Shown: positions 19,477 to 29,400 of the stretch, in pieces
Position numbering within the stretch: position 1 is the stretch's first letter
How the letters are laid out: each line of letters begins with the position of its first letter
Translations under genes and position numbers: made by a program
Notes under the pieces: generated by a model
Database searches by the model: none
What the model was told of the DNA's origin: nothing
Seen by the model: only the letters and a program-made list of their open reading frames with translations
Assembly (NCBI GenBank): GCA_016196035.1
Contig: JACPYM010000099.1
Span: 869-64,868, forward strand
Direction of reading: 5' to 3'
From: Acidobacteriota bacterium
GTDB taxonomy: Bacteria; Acidobacteriota; Blastocatellia; RBC074
DNA: 64,000 bases

Positions 19477-20424
19477 ATGGCAAATCTTAGTTTGTCAGGC
19501 AGTAATCAGATCACCCAATCCGTTAAAGGGCCGCGCATGAACGTCGTGTCGGTGCTGCTCTTGCTGGCGCCCCTGCTGCTCGGCGCGGGTGTGAGCGCGT
19601 TATTACTAAATCCAATCGGCCTGATACTGGGCGCGCTGGTGGGCGTGCTGGCGATGCAAGCGCCCAAGATCGCCAATCAATGGGAACGCGCGGTGGTTTT
19701 GCGCTTAGGCCGTTATCAGGGTTTGAAAGGGCCGGGCCTGTTCTGGATCATGCCGTTGATTGATAAGATTCCGACCTGGGTTGATCAACGCATCATCACT
19801 ACCAATTTCGCCGCCGAACAGACGCTCACTTCCGACACCGTGCCGGTCAACGTGGATGCGGTGCTGTTCTGGATGGTGTACGACCCTGAAAAGGCCGCGC
19901 TGGAAGTGCAGGATTACGCGCAGGCCGTCAGTTGGGCTTCGCAGACGGCGTTGCGCGACATCATCGGGCGCACGGCGCTAACCGAGTTGCTGCGCGGGCG
20001 CGAACGCATCGAAGACGAATTGCAGCGGCTGATTGACGAACGCACCAACCCCTGGGGCGTCACGGTGCAATCGGTCGAGATGCGCGACATCGTGATCCCC
20101 GACGCATTGCAAGATGCGATGTCGCGCGAGGCGCAGGCTTCGCGCGAAAAACAAGCGCGCATCATTCTCGCCGAGGCCGAAGTCGAGATTGCCAACAAGT
20201 TCATGGAAGCGGCCAAGTCATATCACAACAACCCAACGGCGCTGCACCTGCGCGCGATGAATATGCTCTACGAGGGCTTGAAGGAGAAGGGCGCGATGAT
20301 GATCGTGCCGAGCACGGCGGTCGAATCTATGGGCATGGGCGGGTTTATCGGCGGCGCGGCGCTGCGGCAGCAAGAGCTGGCGCAAGGCCAGGGCGAGCGC
20401 TCCCGCCTGCAACCGGTCGAGTAA
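19477..20424 (+). CDS. SPFH/stomatin-like (slipin) membrane protein
   Basis: AAAGGAG SD; TM hairpin; WERAVVLRLG, GPGLFWIMP, VDAVLF, QTALRDIIG, WGVTVQSVEMRD. Confidence 0.92.
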   Translation: MANLSLSGSNQITQSVKGPRMNVVSVLLLLAPLLLGAGVSALLLNPIGLILGALVGVLAMQAPKIANQWERAVVLRLGRYQGLKGPGLFWIMPLIDKIPTWVDQRIITTNFAAEQTLTSDTVPVNVDAVLFWMVYDPEKAALEVQDYAQAVSWASQTALRDIIGRTALTELLRGRERIEDELQRLIDERTNPWGVTVQSVEMRDIVIPDALQDAMSREAQASREKQARIILAEAEVEIANKFMEAAKSYHNNPTALHLRAMNMLYEGLKEKGAMMIVPSTAVESMGMGGFIGGAALRQQELAQGQGERSRLQPVE

Positions 20425-20443
20425 TTGCGGTGGTAACTTCATT

Positions 20444-20483
20444 GGGATTGCGGCTAAGCGCGGCGGCAATCCCTTTTTCTTTT
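20444..20483 (+). terminator. Intrinsic terminator
   Basis: GGGATTGC...GCAATCCC stem followed by TTTTTCTTTT. Confidence 0.7.
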
Positions 20484-20495
20484 GCAGGAGGCCTA

Positions 20496-20963
20496 ATGCC
20501 AAAACAAGCTACCTTTTTGGGGAATTGGGTCTGGCTATTTCCCCTCACCTACCTTGTTCATATCGCCGAAGAATATGCCGGCGGCTTTTATCATTGGATG
20601 GCGCGTGTTGTCGGCGCGGAATTGAGCGCCCAAACCTTTCTGAGTTTGAATGCAATCTTTTGGGTGGTGATGACGGCGGCGGTCACCATTGCGGTCTGGA
20701 CGCAGGCTGCTGACTGGTTGATGGTCGCGTTGGGCGCGGTCGTGTTGATCAACGGCTCAGCGCACACCATTGGCAGCCTCATCACGCGATCCTATTCACC
20801 GGGCCTGCTTTCCGGGCTGTGTTTGTGGGCGCCGCTCGGTGTCTGGACGTTGCGGCGTGCGTGGCGCAGTCTGCCGCGCGGCCAGTTTTCTGCTGGCGTG
20901 TTGGCCGGAATCGCTTTGCACGGCCTGGTGTTTCTGCTCGCGCTCAAGGCAACCAAGTCATGA
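20496..20963 (+). CDS. HXXEE domain membrane protein
   Basis: AGGAGG SD; HIAEE; YSPGL; about 5 TM segments. Confidence 0.85.
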   Translation: MPKQATFLGNWVWLFPLTYLVHIAEEYAGGFYHWMARVVGAELSAQTFLSLNAIFWVVMTAAVTIAVWTQAADWLMVALGAVVLINGSAHTIGSLITRSYSPGLLSGLCLWAPLGVWTLRRAWRSLPRGQFSAGVLAGIALHGLVFLLALKATKS

Positions 20964-21439
20964 CGTTCTTCAAGACATTCCTGTTTACGCTGCTGGTGCC
21001 GTGCACGGTGACAATCTGGATTCCCGCGCGGTTGCTCGCGGCGGAACAGCTTCGGTCAGGCGGCCAGTTTGGCGTGCTCCGCGCCGGCGGCTTGTTGCTG
21101 ATGTGTCTGGGCGCTGCCATTTATTTGCAATGCGCCTGGGACTTCACCTTCACGGGCAAAGGGACGCCCGCGCCCATTGACCCGCCCAAAGAATTGGTGG
21201 CGCGCGGGCTGTACCGTTACACGCGCAATCCAATGTATGTCGGGGTGCTCAGCGTGTTGCTGGGGGAAGCGTGGTGGTGGGCGGCCAAGGAATTACTGGC
21301 CTATGCGGCGCTGGTCGCCTTGCTGTTCTACTGTTTCGTCATCCTGTATGAGGAGCCGGTTTTGCGGCGACAGTTTGGCGCGGCCTACGAAAAGTATTGT
21401 CAAACCGTGCCGCGCTGGCTGGGGCGGCGCAGGGTATGA
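20960..21439 (+). CDS. Isoprenylcysteine carboxylmethyltransferase/PEMT-like membrane methyltransferase
   Basis: ATGA overlap with the upstream stop; GKGTPAPIDPP, GLYRYTRNPMYVG, YEEPVL, YCQTVPRW. Confidence 0.88.
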   Translation: MTFFKTFLFTLLVPCTVTIWIPARLLAAEQLRSGGQFGVLRAGGLLLMCLGAAIYLQCAWDFTFTGKGTPAPIDPPKELVARGLYRYTRNPMYVGVLSVLLGEAWWWAAKELLAYAALVALLFYCFVILYEEPVLRRQFGAAYEKYCQTVPRWLGRRRV

Positions 21440-21449
21440 ACCAGCCTGT

Positions 21450-23228
21450 TCAATAAGCGTGCGCGGTCAGCGTCAGAAAATGCGCATCCAACGCGGTGAT
21501 TTGCGCCTGCACGTAGCGATTGACCTCGGCGGGCGTCGTCAGTTTGACCGCGTGCAGCGCAATTTCCTGCGCTTTGCTGAGATGCAACGAGCGAACGAGG
21601 CGACGGATGGCCGGAATGGCTGCCGGTGTCATGCTCAAATCGGTGAAACCCAAACCCAGGAGCACAATGCATTGCGCCGGGTTCGAGGCCATTTCACCAC
21701 AGACATTGACCGGGATTTGCAGCTTGTGCGCGGCCTCGGCGACATATTGCAGCGCGCGTAAAACAGCCGGATGCAGCGAATCAAACAAGGCGCTGACGTT
21801 CTCGTTGCCACGATCCACCGCCAATAAACTCTGGGTCAGATCGTTGGTGCCGAGGCTGAAAAAATCGGCTTCGCGCGCCAGCGGTTCGGCCATGATGACG
21901 GCGGCAGGCAATTCGATCATCACGCCGATTTCTACGTCTTCGATATGTTTGACGCTGTCGTGGCGCAGGTCGCGTTCGACTTCGGCGATAATCTGTTTGG
22001 CCTGGCGCAATTCGTCGAGGTTTGAAACGAAGGGCAGCAGGATTTTGAGTTTGCCGTGCTGGGCGGCGCGCAAAATGGCGCGCACCTGGGTGCGGAAAAC
22101 ATGTTGGACCGCCAGCGACAACCGGATTGAACGCAGCCCCAGCGCCGGGTTGCGTTCGGGTTTGAAGCCTTCCAATTGCAATTTATCACCGCCCAAATCA
22201 AAGGTGCGAATGTTCGCGCCATACTCGCCGGTCATTTCCGCCAGCAGTTTATAGGCCTCGTACTGCTCGTCTTCCGAAGGCAAGCCATTCGAGTACAAAA
22301 ACTCCGAGCGGTACAGCCCAACACCCGTGGCGTTGAAGCGATGAAAGACTTCGATCTCTTCGAGCAATTCGAGATTGGCGCGCAAGGCGATCTGTTGACC
22401 ATCGCGTGTGACGGCGGGCAATTCGCGCTCTTCGATGTAAGTGAGTTGCTGCTGTTTTTGCAGCTCCTGCTGTTCGCTGTAAAAGCGCAACGTTTCCGGC
22501 GAAGGGCGCAGGATGACCGTACCCGTCGTGCCATCCACGATGAGGGTTTCGCCGGAGCGCGCGCGTTGCGTGATGTCGCGCAAACCAACGATAGAGGGGA
22601 TGTTCAAGCTGCGGGCAATGATCGAGGTGTGCGACGCCATGCCGCCGGAGTTGGTCACGAAACCCAACACCCGTTTGGTGTCGAGCTCCGCCGCCGCCGA
22701 GGGCAGTAAATCATCGGCAATGACGATGGAATTATCAGTGCGCAATTTGAGGTCGTGTGATTTGTCGCCCGACAGAATTTTGATCAGCCGGTGTGCAATA
22801 TCGGCCACATCGCTGCTGCGTTCACGCAAATAATCGTCGGCAATTTGGACGTACAGTTCGATCAGATGATTGGTCACATCGCGCACGGCCCATTCGGCGT
22901 TGGCGTGGTGTTCGCGAATGAAGTTCTCGATCTGTTGCGCCAGATGCTCGTCTTCCAGCATCACCAGGTGCGCGTCGAAGATGAAGGAATGCTCTTCGCC
23001 AAGCGCCGCTTGCAAGCGCTCTTTGGCCTCGCGCACCTGTGTTTGAGCTTGTTGCAAGGCATGGCGAAAGCGGCCAACTTCGGCGTCCAGTTCTTCACTT
23101 GGCAAAACCGCTCGCACGATGCGCCCGCGCGGATCGTCCACCAGAAAGGCCCGGCCAATCGCCACGCCCTGACAAACGCCGATGCCTTCCAACCGCTCTT
23201 CGCGGAATTTGCGATGAATGGTTTTCAT
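21450..23228 (-). CDS. ptsP: PEP-protein phosphotransferase (PTS enzyme I); alternative coupled GTG start at 23276
   Basis: SHTSIIARS phospho-His, GLYRSEF, RTFDLGGDK, GVMIE, SLGTNDL, CGEMA. Confidence 0.95.
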   Translation of the reverse strand: MKTIHRKFREERLEGIGVCQGVAIGRAFLVDDPRGRIVRAVLPSEELDAEVGRFRHALQQAQTQVREAKERLQAALGEEHSFIFDAHLVMLEDEHLAQQIENFIREHHANAEWAVRDVTNHLIELYVQIADDYLRERSSDVADIAHRLIKILSGDKSHDLKLRTDNSIVIADDLLPSAAAELDTKRVLGFVTNSGGMASHTSIIARSLNIPSIVGLRDITQRARSGETLIVDGTTGTVILRPSPETLRFYSEQQELQKQQQLTYIEERELPAVTRDGQQIALRANLELLEEIEVFHRFNATGVGLYRSEFLYSNGLPSEDEQYEAYKLLAEMTGEYGANIRTFDLGGDKLQLEGFKPERNPALGLRSIRLSLAVQHVFRTQVRAILRAAQHGKLKILLPFVSNLDELRQAKQIIAEVERDLRHDSVKHIEDVEIGVMIELPAAVIMAEPLAREADFFSLGTNDLTQSLLAVDRGNENVSALFDSLHPAVLRALQYVAEAAHKLQIPVNVCGEMASNPAQCIVLLGLGFTDLSMTPAAIPAIRRLVRSLHLSKAQEIALHAVKLTTPAEVNRYVQAQITALDAHFLTLTAHAY

Positions 23229-23272
23229 TGGTTCGCCTGCGCTGGCAGCCGCGCGTGTACGGTTGCTGACGC

Positions 23273-23548
23273 TCACTCTTCGCCAAACTTGCCCGCGATC
23301 AAAGCGCACAAGGCTTCGAGCGCCGCCGCTTCATCTTCACCCTCAGTCACAACTTCCAATTCGGTGCCCTGAGCTGCCGCCAGCAACAGGACATTGAAGA
23401 TACTTTTGGCATCTGCCGTCTGATGCCGCGCATCCGTGCGCGCCAGAACGGCGTGGCTGCGAAACCCAGCAGCCACGCGCACAAGCTTGGCCGCCGCTCG
23501 CGCATGCAGCCCCAACCGGTTCGTAATGGTAATAGTGCGCTGTTGCAT
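23273..23548 (-). CDS. ptsH: HPr phosphocarrier
   Basis: NRLGLHARAAA (His15) and DAKSI (Ser46). Confidence 0.95.
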   Translation of the reverse strand: MQQRTITITNRLGLHARAAAKLVRVAAGFRSHAVLARTDARHQTADAKSIFNVLLLAAAQGTELEVVTEGEDEAAALEALCALIAGKFGEE

Positions 23549-23553
23549 AGATC

Positions 23554-23863
23554 GAATGCGGAATGCGGAATGCGGATTTGTCATCACCACTCAAGGTTTT
23601 TGCGCGCCAAAATTTAGATCGGTTTGCAATTGCGTTTATGGGAGCGCGTTGTGCCGGGACGGTACCGCGCGCGTGAGCAAGCGGCACCTCAAGCTGACGC
23701 CGTTGGCCGAACCGCCCAGGCTCCGCTTGCTCACGCGCGCGGTACCGTCCCGCTGCGCGGCTTTTCCCAAACACTGATGTGAAACCTGATCTAGGACGAG
23801 ATTGCAGTCCTTGTATCAATCCGCAATCCGCAATCCGCAATCCGCAATCCGCAATCCGCAATC
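23554..23863. repeat. Nested repeat: heptamer arrays (GAATGCG)x3 and (CAATCCG)x6 enclosing a family C element
   Basis: Heptamers at 23554-23574 and 23817-23858; 30-bp perfect inverted repeat CGGGACGGTACCGCGCGCGTGAGCAAGCGG at 23655-23684 and 23723-23752. Confidence 0.9.
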
Positions 23864-24281
23864 ATTTCACCGGTGTGAGCACTTCGCTGGCCAGGTAGAT
23901 GTTTTTTTGACCTTGATCCCGCACGCGGCGCGCAATGATCGCCAGCGTTTCGCCGGGTTGCTGGTCGGCCAATTTGATAATCATCGGCAGATTGACGCCA
24001 GTGACGACTTCGATTTCGACGTTCGGTTTTTCGCCCAGAAAGGTACACGCCAGGTTCGTCGGCGTACCGCCAAACATATCGGTCAGCACCAGGACGCCGC
24101 CGCCTTCGCTGACGCGGTCAATCGCCTTTTCGATCTCTTTGCGGGCGATAGCCACGTCATCGTGCCAGCCAATCGAAACCGCCGTGATGTGCCGTATGTC
24201 CCCGACAATCGTTTCAGCGGCGCTGACCAATTCCGTAGCTAAATTGCCGTGCGTGACGACCACGCCTCCAACCAATGGCAT
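23862..24281 (-). CDS. PTS EIIA, mannose/fructose family (stand-alone)
   Basis: VVVTHGNLA, LTDMFGGTPTN, GVNLPM. Confidence 0.92.
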   Translation of the reverse strand: MPLVGGVVVTHGNLATELVSAAETIVGDIRHITAVSIGWHDDVAIARKEIEKAIDRVSEGGGVLVLTDMFGGTPTNLACTFLGEKPNVEIEVVTGVNLPMIIKLADQQPGETLAIIARRVRDQGQKNIYLASEVLTPVK

Positions 24282-24282
24282 A

Positions 24283-24410
24283 AGAGACCTCAAACTTCGG
24301 ACTTCGGACTTCAGACCTCAGACCTCAGGTTTCAGACCTCAGACAAACTGATTCAACGGCTTCCCGCCGAACAAAAGTCTGAGGTCTGAAGTCTGAAGTC
24401 TGAAGTCTGA
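24283..24410. repeat. Heptamer arrays (CAGAC(C/T)T)n and complementary (AGTCTGA)n
   Basis: cggactt/cagacct units at 24283-24345; gtctgaa units at 24377-24410. Confidence 0.85.
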
Positions 24411-24414
24411 CAAC

Positions 24415-25275
24415 TCATTTCTTCACGTCCCGGTGCATCACACGCGCGTGATAGCCGGTTTGATTCAAATGTTGCCCTAACGCATTGGCAACCGCGACGG
24501 AGCGGTGTTTGCCACCCGTGCAGCCGACGCCGATGGTGACGTAACTTTTGCCTTCGCGTTTATAGAGCGGCATCAGGTAATCAAGCAGCCCGCTAAACCG
24601 GTTGATCGTCTCGCGGGCGTCTTCGGTATTTTGCAGGTATTCGATGACCGGTTGATCGTTGCCCGTCAGTTCGCGCAATTCAGGCACGAAGTACGGATTC
24701 GGCAAAAAGCGCACGTCAAACAACAAGTCCGCATCGAGCGGCACGCCATACTTGTAGCCAAAGCTCAAGACGTTCAACTCCATCTCGGCTTCGGTGTTCT
24801 CAGGGGTAAAGCGTTTCTTCAAAAACGCCCGCAAGGAATGAACATTGTGATCGGAGGTATCCACCACGACATCGGCCAAACCGCGAATCGGGGCCAGCTT
24901 TTCGCGCTCTTCCTGAATCGCTTCGAGTACGCGGCCTTCGCCCAAGGGATGCGGACGGCGCGTTTCGCTGTAGCGGCGTTGCAGAGCGGCATCGCTGGCT
25001 TCCAGAAAAACCACGGTCAATTCCAGATCATTGCGCCCATGCAGTTGCGAATAGACTTGCGGAAAGCTATCCAGAAAGCGGCCCTCGCGGATATTCACGC
25101 CAAGCGCCGCCCGCGTAATGTTCGATTCTTTGTGTTTGAACAAATTGACGAAACTGGGAATCAACTCAACTGGCAGATTGTCTACGCAAAAGTAGCCCAG
25201 GTCTTCAAAGACATTCATCGCTGACGACATGCCAGAGCCGCTCAAGCCGGTGATGATGATGAGTTGTGGCGTCAT
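24415..25275 (-). CDS. rapZ: RNase adapter RapZ (YvcJ/YhbJ family)
   Basis: ITGLSGSG, CVDNLP, YSETRRPHPL, SFGYKYG, DVRFLPNPYF, GCTGGKHRSV. Confidence 0.95.
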   Translation of the reverse strand: MTPQLIIITGLSGSGMSSAMNVFEDLGYFCVDNLPVELIPSFVNLFKHKESNITRAALGVNIREGRFLDSFPQVYSQLHGRNDLELTVVFLEASDAALQRRYSETRRPHPLGEGRVLEAIQEEREKLAPIRGLADVVVDTSDHNVHSLRAFLKKRFTPENTEAEMELNVLSFGYKYGVPLDADLLFDVRFLPNPYFVPELRELTGNDQPVIEYLQNTEDARETINRFSGLLDYLMPLYKREGKSYVTIGVGCTGGKHRSVAVANALGQHLNQTGYHARVMHRDVKK

Positions 25276-25276
25276 G

Positions 25277-25373
25277 AGTAGTCAGTAGTCGGTAGTCGGT
25301 GTCGGTAGCGATCAAGCAGTCACGAGTGCGTAGCTGGCAAAATGCTGACTGCTGACTACCGACTACCGACTAC
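25277..25373. repeat. Heptamer arrays (AGTAGTC-like) in inverted arrangement
   Basis: agtagtcagtagtcggtagtc ... gactaccgactaccgactact. Confidence 0.75.
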
Positions 25374-25378
25374 TCTTT

Positions 25379-25912
25379 TCAGGGTTCGATCAAGCCGTAA
25401 TTGCCATCCTTGCGTTTGTACAGGACGCCGATACGCTCGGTCTCGGCATCCCGGAAGACGATGAATTGATCGGGGCTGTCAGCCACTTGAATGACCGCCT
25501 CTTCGGGCGTCATCGGTTTAACGGCGTATCGCCGCGAACGGATCACGCGCGGCGCGGCGCGTTCCAGAGTTGCGGACGGCACCGGGCTGGGAGCCACGGC
25601 TTTGACCGAAGGCGCATGATGTTTGCGGTCAACGATCTTGCCTTTGAGCTTGATGATTTGGCGGCGCAATTTATCAATGGCTTGCGTGCTCGACAAATAC
25701 ATGTCCGCCGAATCGGCCGTCGCTGTTAGCGCGTGATGATGCCAGTTAACAACGATTTCCGCGACGTGGCGATGATGCTTTTCCACGCTCAGAATGATAT
25801 GGGCTTTATCAGTGCCGTTCAGGAATTCTTCGACTTTTTTGAAGTGTTCGTTGATGTGTTTTTTGATGGCTGGCGAGACATTGAAATTACGTCCGGTGTA
25901 TTCGATTTTCAT
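25379..25912 (-). CDS. hpf: Ribosome hibernation promoting factor, long form (RaiA/HPF)
   Basis: [55 protein letters not shown]. Confidence 0.93.
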   Translation of the reverse strand: MKIEYTGRNFNVSPAIKKHINEHFKKVEEFLNGTDKAHIILSVEKHHRHVAEIVVNWHHHALTATADSADMYLSSTQAIDKLRRQIIKLKGKIVDRKHHAPSVKAVAPSPVPSATLERAAPRVIRSRRYAVKPMTPEEAVIQVADSPDQFIVFRDAETERIGVLYKRKDGNYGLIEP

Positions 25913-26301
25913 CCCGTTTCCTCCTCAAGGTTTGGATCAACGCTTGGGTAGCGCTTGGGCTTAGTTAGAAACTGGTTGGAGTTGGCCTGTTCCGGTTGAG
26001 CGCACAGAACAAGGTCGTGGTGCAGTGATTTTTGTCGAATTGGATTTGAAATTTGAATTGCATGCCGTAGTGGCGACTGTTGCATGCCGGCGGCAAGACT
26101 TGCTTCCCCCTTTCCAAATGGATCATGTGAGCGATGGCAACTCATCGGCGACCTACACAACTCATCTAAGTCGCTTCGAACGCATTGTGGCAGATGCGTG
26201 GTGAGAACTCAAAACGCCTGCTTCATCTTCAGGAAGCTGCGCGGACATTGAAGAATCGCGTTGGTTTCACCAATGCGCTCGTGGGCACTCCGCCAACCAA
26301 A

Positions 26302-26344
26302 GCAAAAAGGGCAAATGCCTGTGAAAGGAAATTTGCCCTTTTGC
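26302..26344 (-). terminator. Intrinsic (possibly bidirectional) terminator after the DUF11 gene; second GC hairpin at 26418-26449
   Basis: AAAAGGGCAAAT...ATTTGCCCTTTT stem with A/T tracts on both sides. Confidence 0.7.
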
Positions 26345-26466
26345 GGTTGATTATTGCCCCTGCCTGCTTCGGTCATTTACACGACCGGCACAAGCGAAAA
26401 AGCCTTTATCGGAAGTGGGCGGCCAGTCAGTGAGAACCGACTGGCCGCCGTGAACTTAAGCCGACA

Positions 26467-29400
26467 TTAGTTGCAAGCCGGGGTCAGCACCGGAACCACA
26501 ATGCTCGACGCCGAAGTGAGCGTCAGCTTATGCAAGTTGTGACCCTGGTTGAAGGCACCCGAATTGGAAGCCGCAGCCGTGTTGGCGTTGATGGACGCAC
26601 CGAACATTCCGATATCCGACGTAGACCAGAACTTCATCCAGCCGGTGCGACCCGCCGGAATGGCGGTATCGAGCCGCGTGATCATGCGCGGGAAGTTCTG
26701 ATTGATCAACGAACGGAATTGGCAGGTCGGAGTGCTTTGCGTGAAGCTGTACTGCACTTCTCCATCATCGAAGACACTGCCGAAGAGCGAGACAAGCGTT
26801 GCGCCACTGCGCGTGAAGTTGCCGCCCACCGCGTTGACGATCAACAACGTATTGTTCTGATCGGCCCGGCTCTGGAGGTTGTCCAAGGCCAGGATACGCG
26901 GCAACCGGTTGTAGCGCATACCGTCGAAGCTCAACGTTGCTGTGGTCGCTGTGGTGTCGGTCCCTGCCGGGAACATCATCACTGCCGCCACTGCTTCGGC
27001 ACCCAGGTTGGCCTGGTGACCCGTCGAGAACTTCACGAACTCATCACCGATTAGGCAGTTGTAGGCCATCGGCAAACCTGTGACGCGATCCACCGCCACC
27101 GCGACGACATAACCCGTTTGACCCGGATCGAAATCGGCTGCCGTAAAGGCTGCCGTTTGGTTCGGCGTCAAGCACAGGAAGATGTCCACCACGCCGCAGC
27201 TTGCGCCATCCACCAAATAGAGGTGAACGTAAGCCGTCTCGGCGCTCGAGATATTGGTGATGCTCATCCGCGTGTTTTGCGAATTCGGGTTCGCCGCATC
27301 CGAGGTGTAGATCGGATACATCAGAATCGAACCCGCCTTTTGATCACTGATCTCGGCGGTCGCCGGATAGCCTGGCACCGAGCCTGGGCCAGGATCGTTC
27401 GGCGGCGGGCCAATGATCGTGTCGAAGAACGCGCGGTTGTTCGCCAACATCAGCGTCCCCGGCGTGATGATCGAGGCGAAGCCCGAGAGCGGATTCGCTT
27501 GCACCGCTAACGTGCCCGTCTCCGGCAGACAGTTCGTCGAAGTGACGGTCGCCGTGTTGGTCACGATGATGTTCGGATGCTTCTTCGGCACGAGCGCTTG
27601 CAGGGTAATGATGACCTGCGTCGCGCGCGGCGCCGCACATTGATTGGCTGCGCCAACCACACCGATGCCAATGGTCACCGTTTGCGAACCTGCTGCGTCG
27701 GTGGCTGTGCTGACCGCCGCCGGTCCCACGCCGCCGCCGCCCACGCCTGCCGCAATCGTCACACTGTTCGGCACCAGCGTGAAGCCTTTCGGCAACAGGT
27801 CGGTCACCGTCACGCCATTCGCGTTGGACGGCCCCGCGTTGTTGACCGTCAAGGTGTAGGTCACCACTGAATTCGGAATCGCCGAAGCCGGACCGCTCTT
27901 GGCGATGCTCAGGTCGGATTGTGCCTGCACAGTCGTCGTCGCCGACGCCACAATCGGAGCACCAACCAGATTTGGCGGCGTATCTGAGTAGATGTTCGCG
28001 TTGTTGGTCAGGTTCGGCACGCACATCTGGGCATCCGTCAGAGTGCGAATCTGTTGGAAGTCCGGACACACACGCACAACGATGGTCAGCGTGCGCACGG
28101 TACCGACTGGTGTCAGCCCATCTAGCGGTGCGCCCGGAATGCTGTCCGTACCACCCGCAGCATTCCAGATCGCCTTGACCGTGCCGTTGGCATTCACCGC
28201 CGGCGTGGTCAGTGTTGCGCCAGCCGAAGCCACCGCGCTGATGAAGACCGTGCCGGTCGGCAGCGCGTCTTCAATGGTGAAGTTCAGCGCCGCACTCGGC
28301 CCTTGCGGCGAACCGGTGATGACATAAGTCAACAGGTTACCCGCGATGACCGGATCGGGGGTGTCGGTCTTCGTCGCGGTCAACGGCGACAGGAAGATGA
28401 TCGGCACCACATCGCAAATGTTGGTGTTATTTGCGGGCACCGGATCGGTGGACATCGAAGTCGCCGTCACGCAGTTTTGCGTGGCCGGAGCCGGTTGCGG
28501 CGTCAGCGAGCTTTGGCGCATACGAATGCGGAAGCGCACTGTGCCGGCCGGATTGACCGTGCCATCCGGTTTCTTGTTCGGCGGCAATTCTGCCGCTGTG
28601 CAAGTAATCGTGGACGTAGTCGCACGCGGATCAGTGATCGCATCCGCTGCTCCCACGCAGGAGAAGTTGGAAGCGCCATTGCCGTCGGGCGTCGTCTCAA
28701 TGACGATGTCCGGCACCAACGTGCCCTGATTATCGCGTTGCTTCAACGCCTGGAAGGCCGGAATCGTGTCTACCAAGTTGACCATTTGCGCAGCGGAAGT
28801 GCCGTTGTTGGTGATGGTCACCTGATATTCGAAATCCGTGCCTGCTGTGACCGGGCCGCCCAACACGCCCGCCGCGTTGGTGTGCGTCTTGGTCAAGGCC
28901 AGATCGGAGGTCGGCGCCACCGGCGTGGTCAACGTGGTGGAGCCGGAAACCGGACGATTGAAGTTGTTGATCGTCGCATCGAAAGTCGCCACGTCAACCA
29001 GATTGGCCTTGGTGGCCGGATCAATAAAGACCGTGACGTCAATCGCCGCTGTGTTGTTCGGCGTATTGGCCGACAGCAAAGGCGCTGTACACACCAACGA
29101 ACCGCCGTTCCCTTGCGGGTTATTGCTCGGGTTGACGCCCGTCGGCGCCGCGCAAGTGAAAGTCGCCCCTGACGGCAACACCGGAGTCACCGAGATGTAT
29201 TTCACACCCAGCACACGACCCGGCGGCGTTTCCAGACCGGACGGCAACACATCGGTCAGACGGATGTTCGACACATCCGATGGGCCATTGTTGGTGACCG
29301 TCAAGCGATAGGTCAGGAAGGTACCCGGCAGCACTGCCGTACCCGTTGTAACCGCACCGTTGGGCGGCGTTCCTGGACCGATCGGGCCAGTCTGGTTCGG

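Noticed and set aside
20960..21439. The ICMT/PEMT-like gene as a second phosphatidylcholine route linked to pcs
   Set aside because: Separate transcription unit, and this family is widespread with mostly unknown substrates; proximity alone is weak evidence
23554..25373. Clusters of short repeats as a possible CRISPR array
   Set aside because: Units are 7-nt tandem repeats or inverted pairs with no unique, regularly sized spacers, and no cas genes are present
25920..26460. Possible structured ncRNA between the DUF11 gene and hpf
   Set aside because: Only terminator-like hairpins are evident and I recognise no RNA family; an Rfam covariance search would be needed
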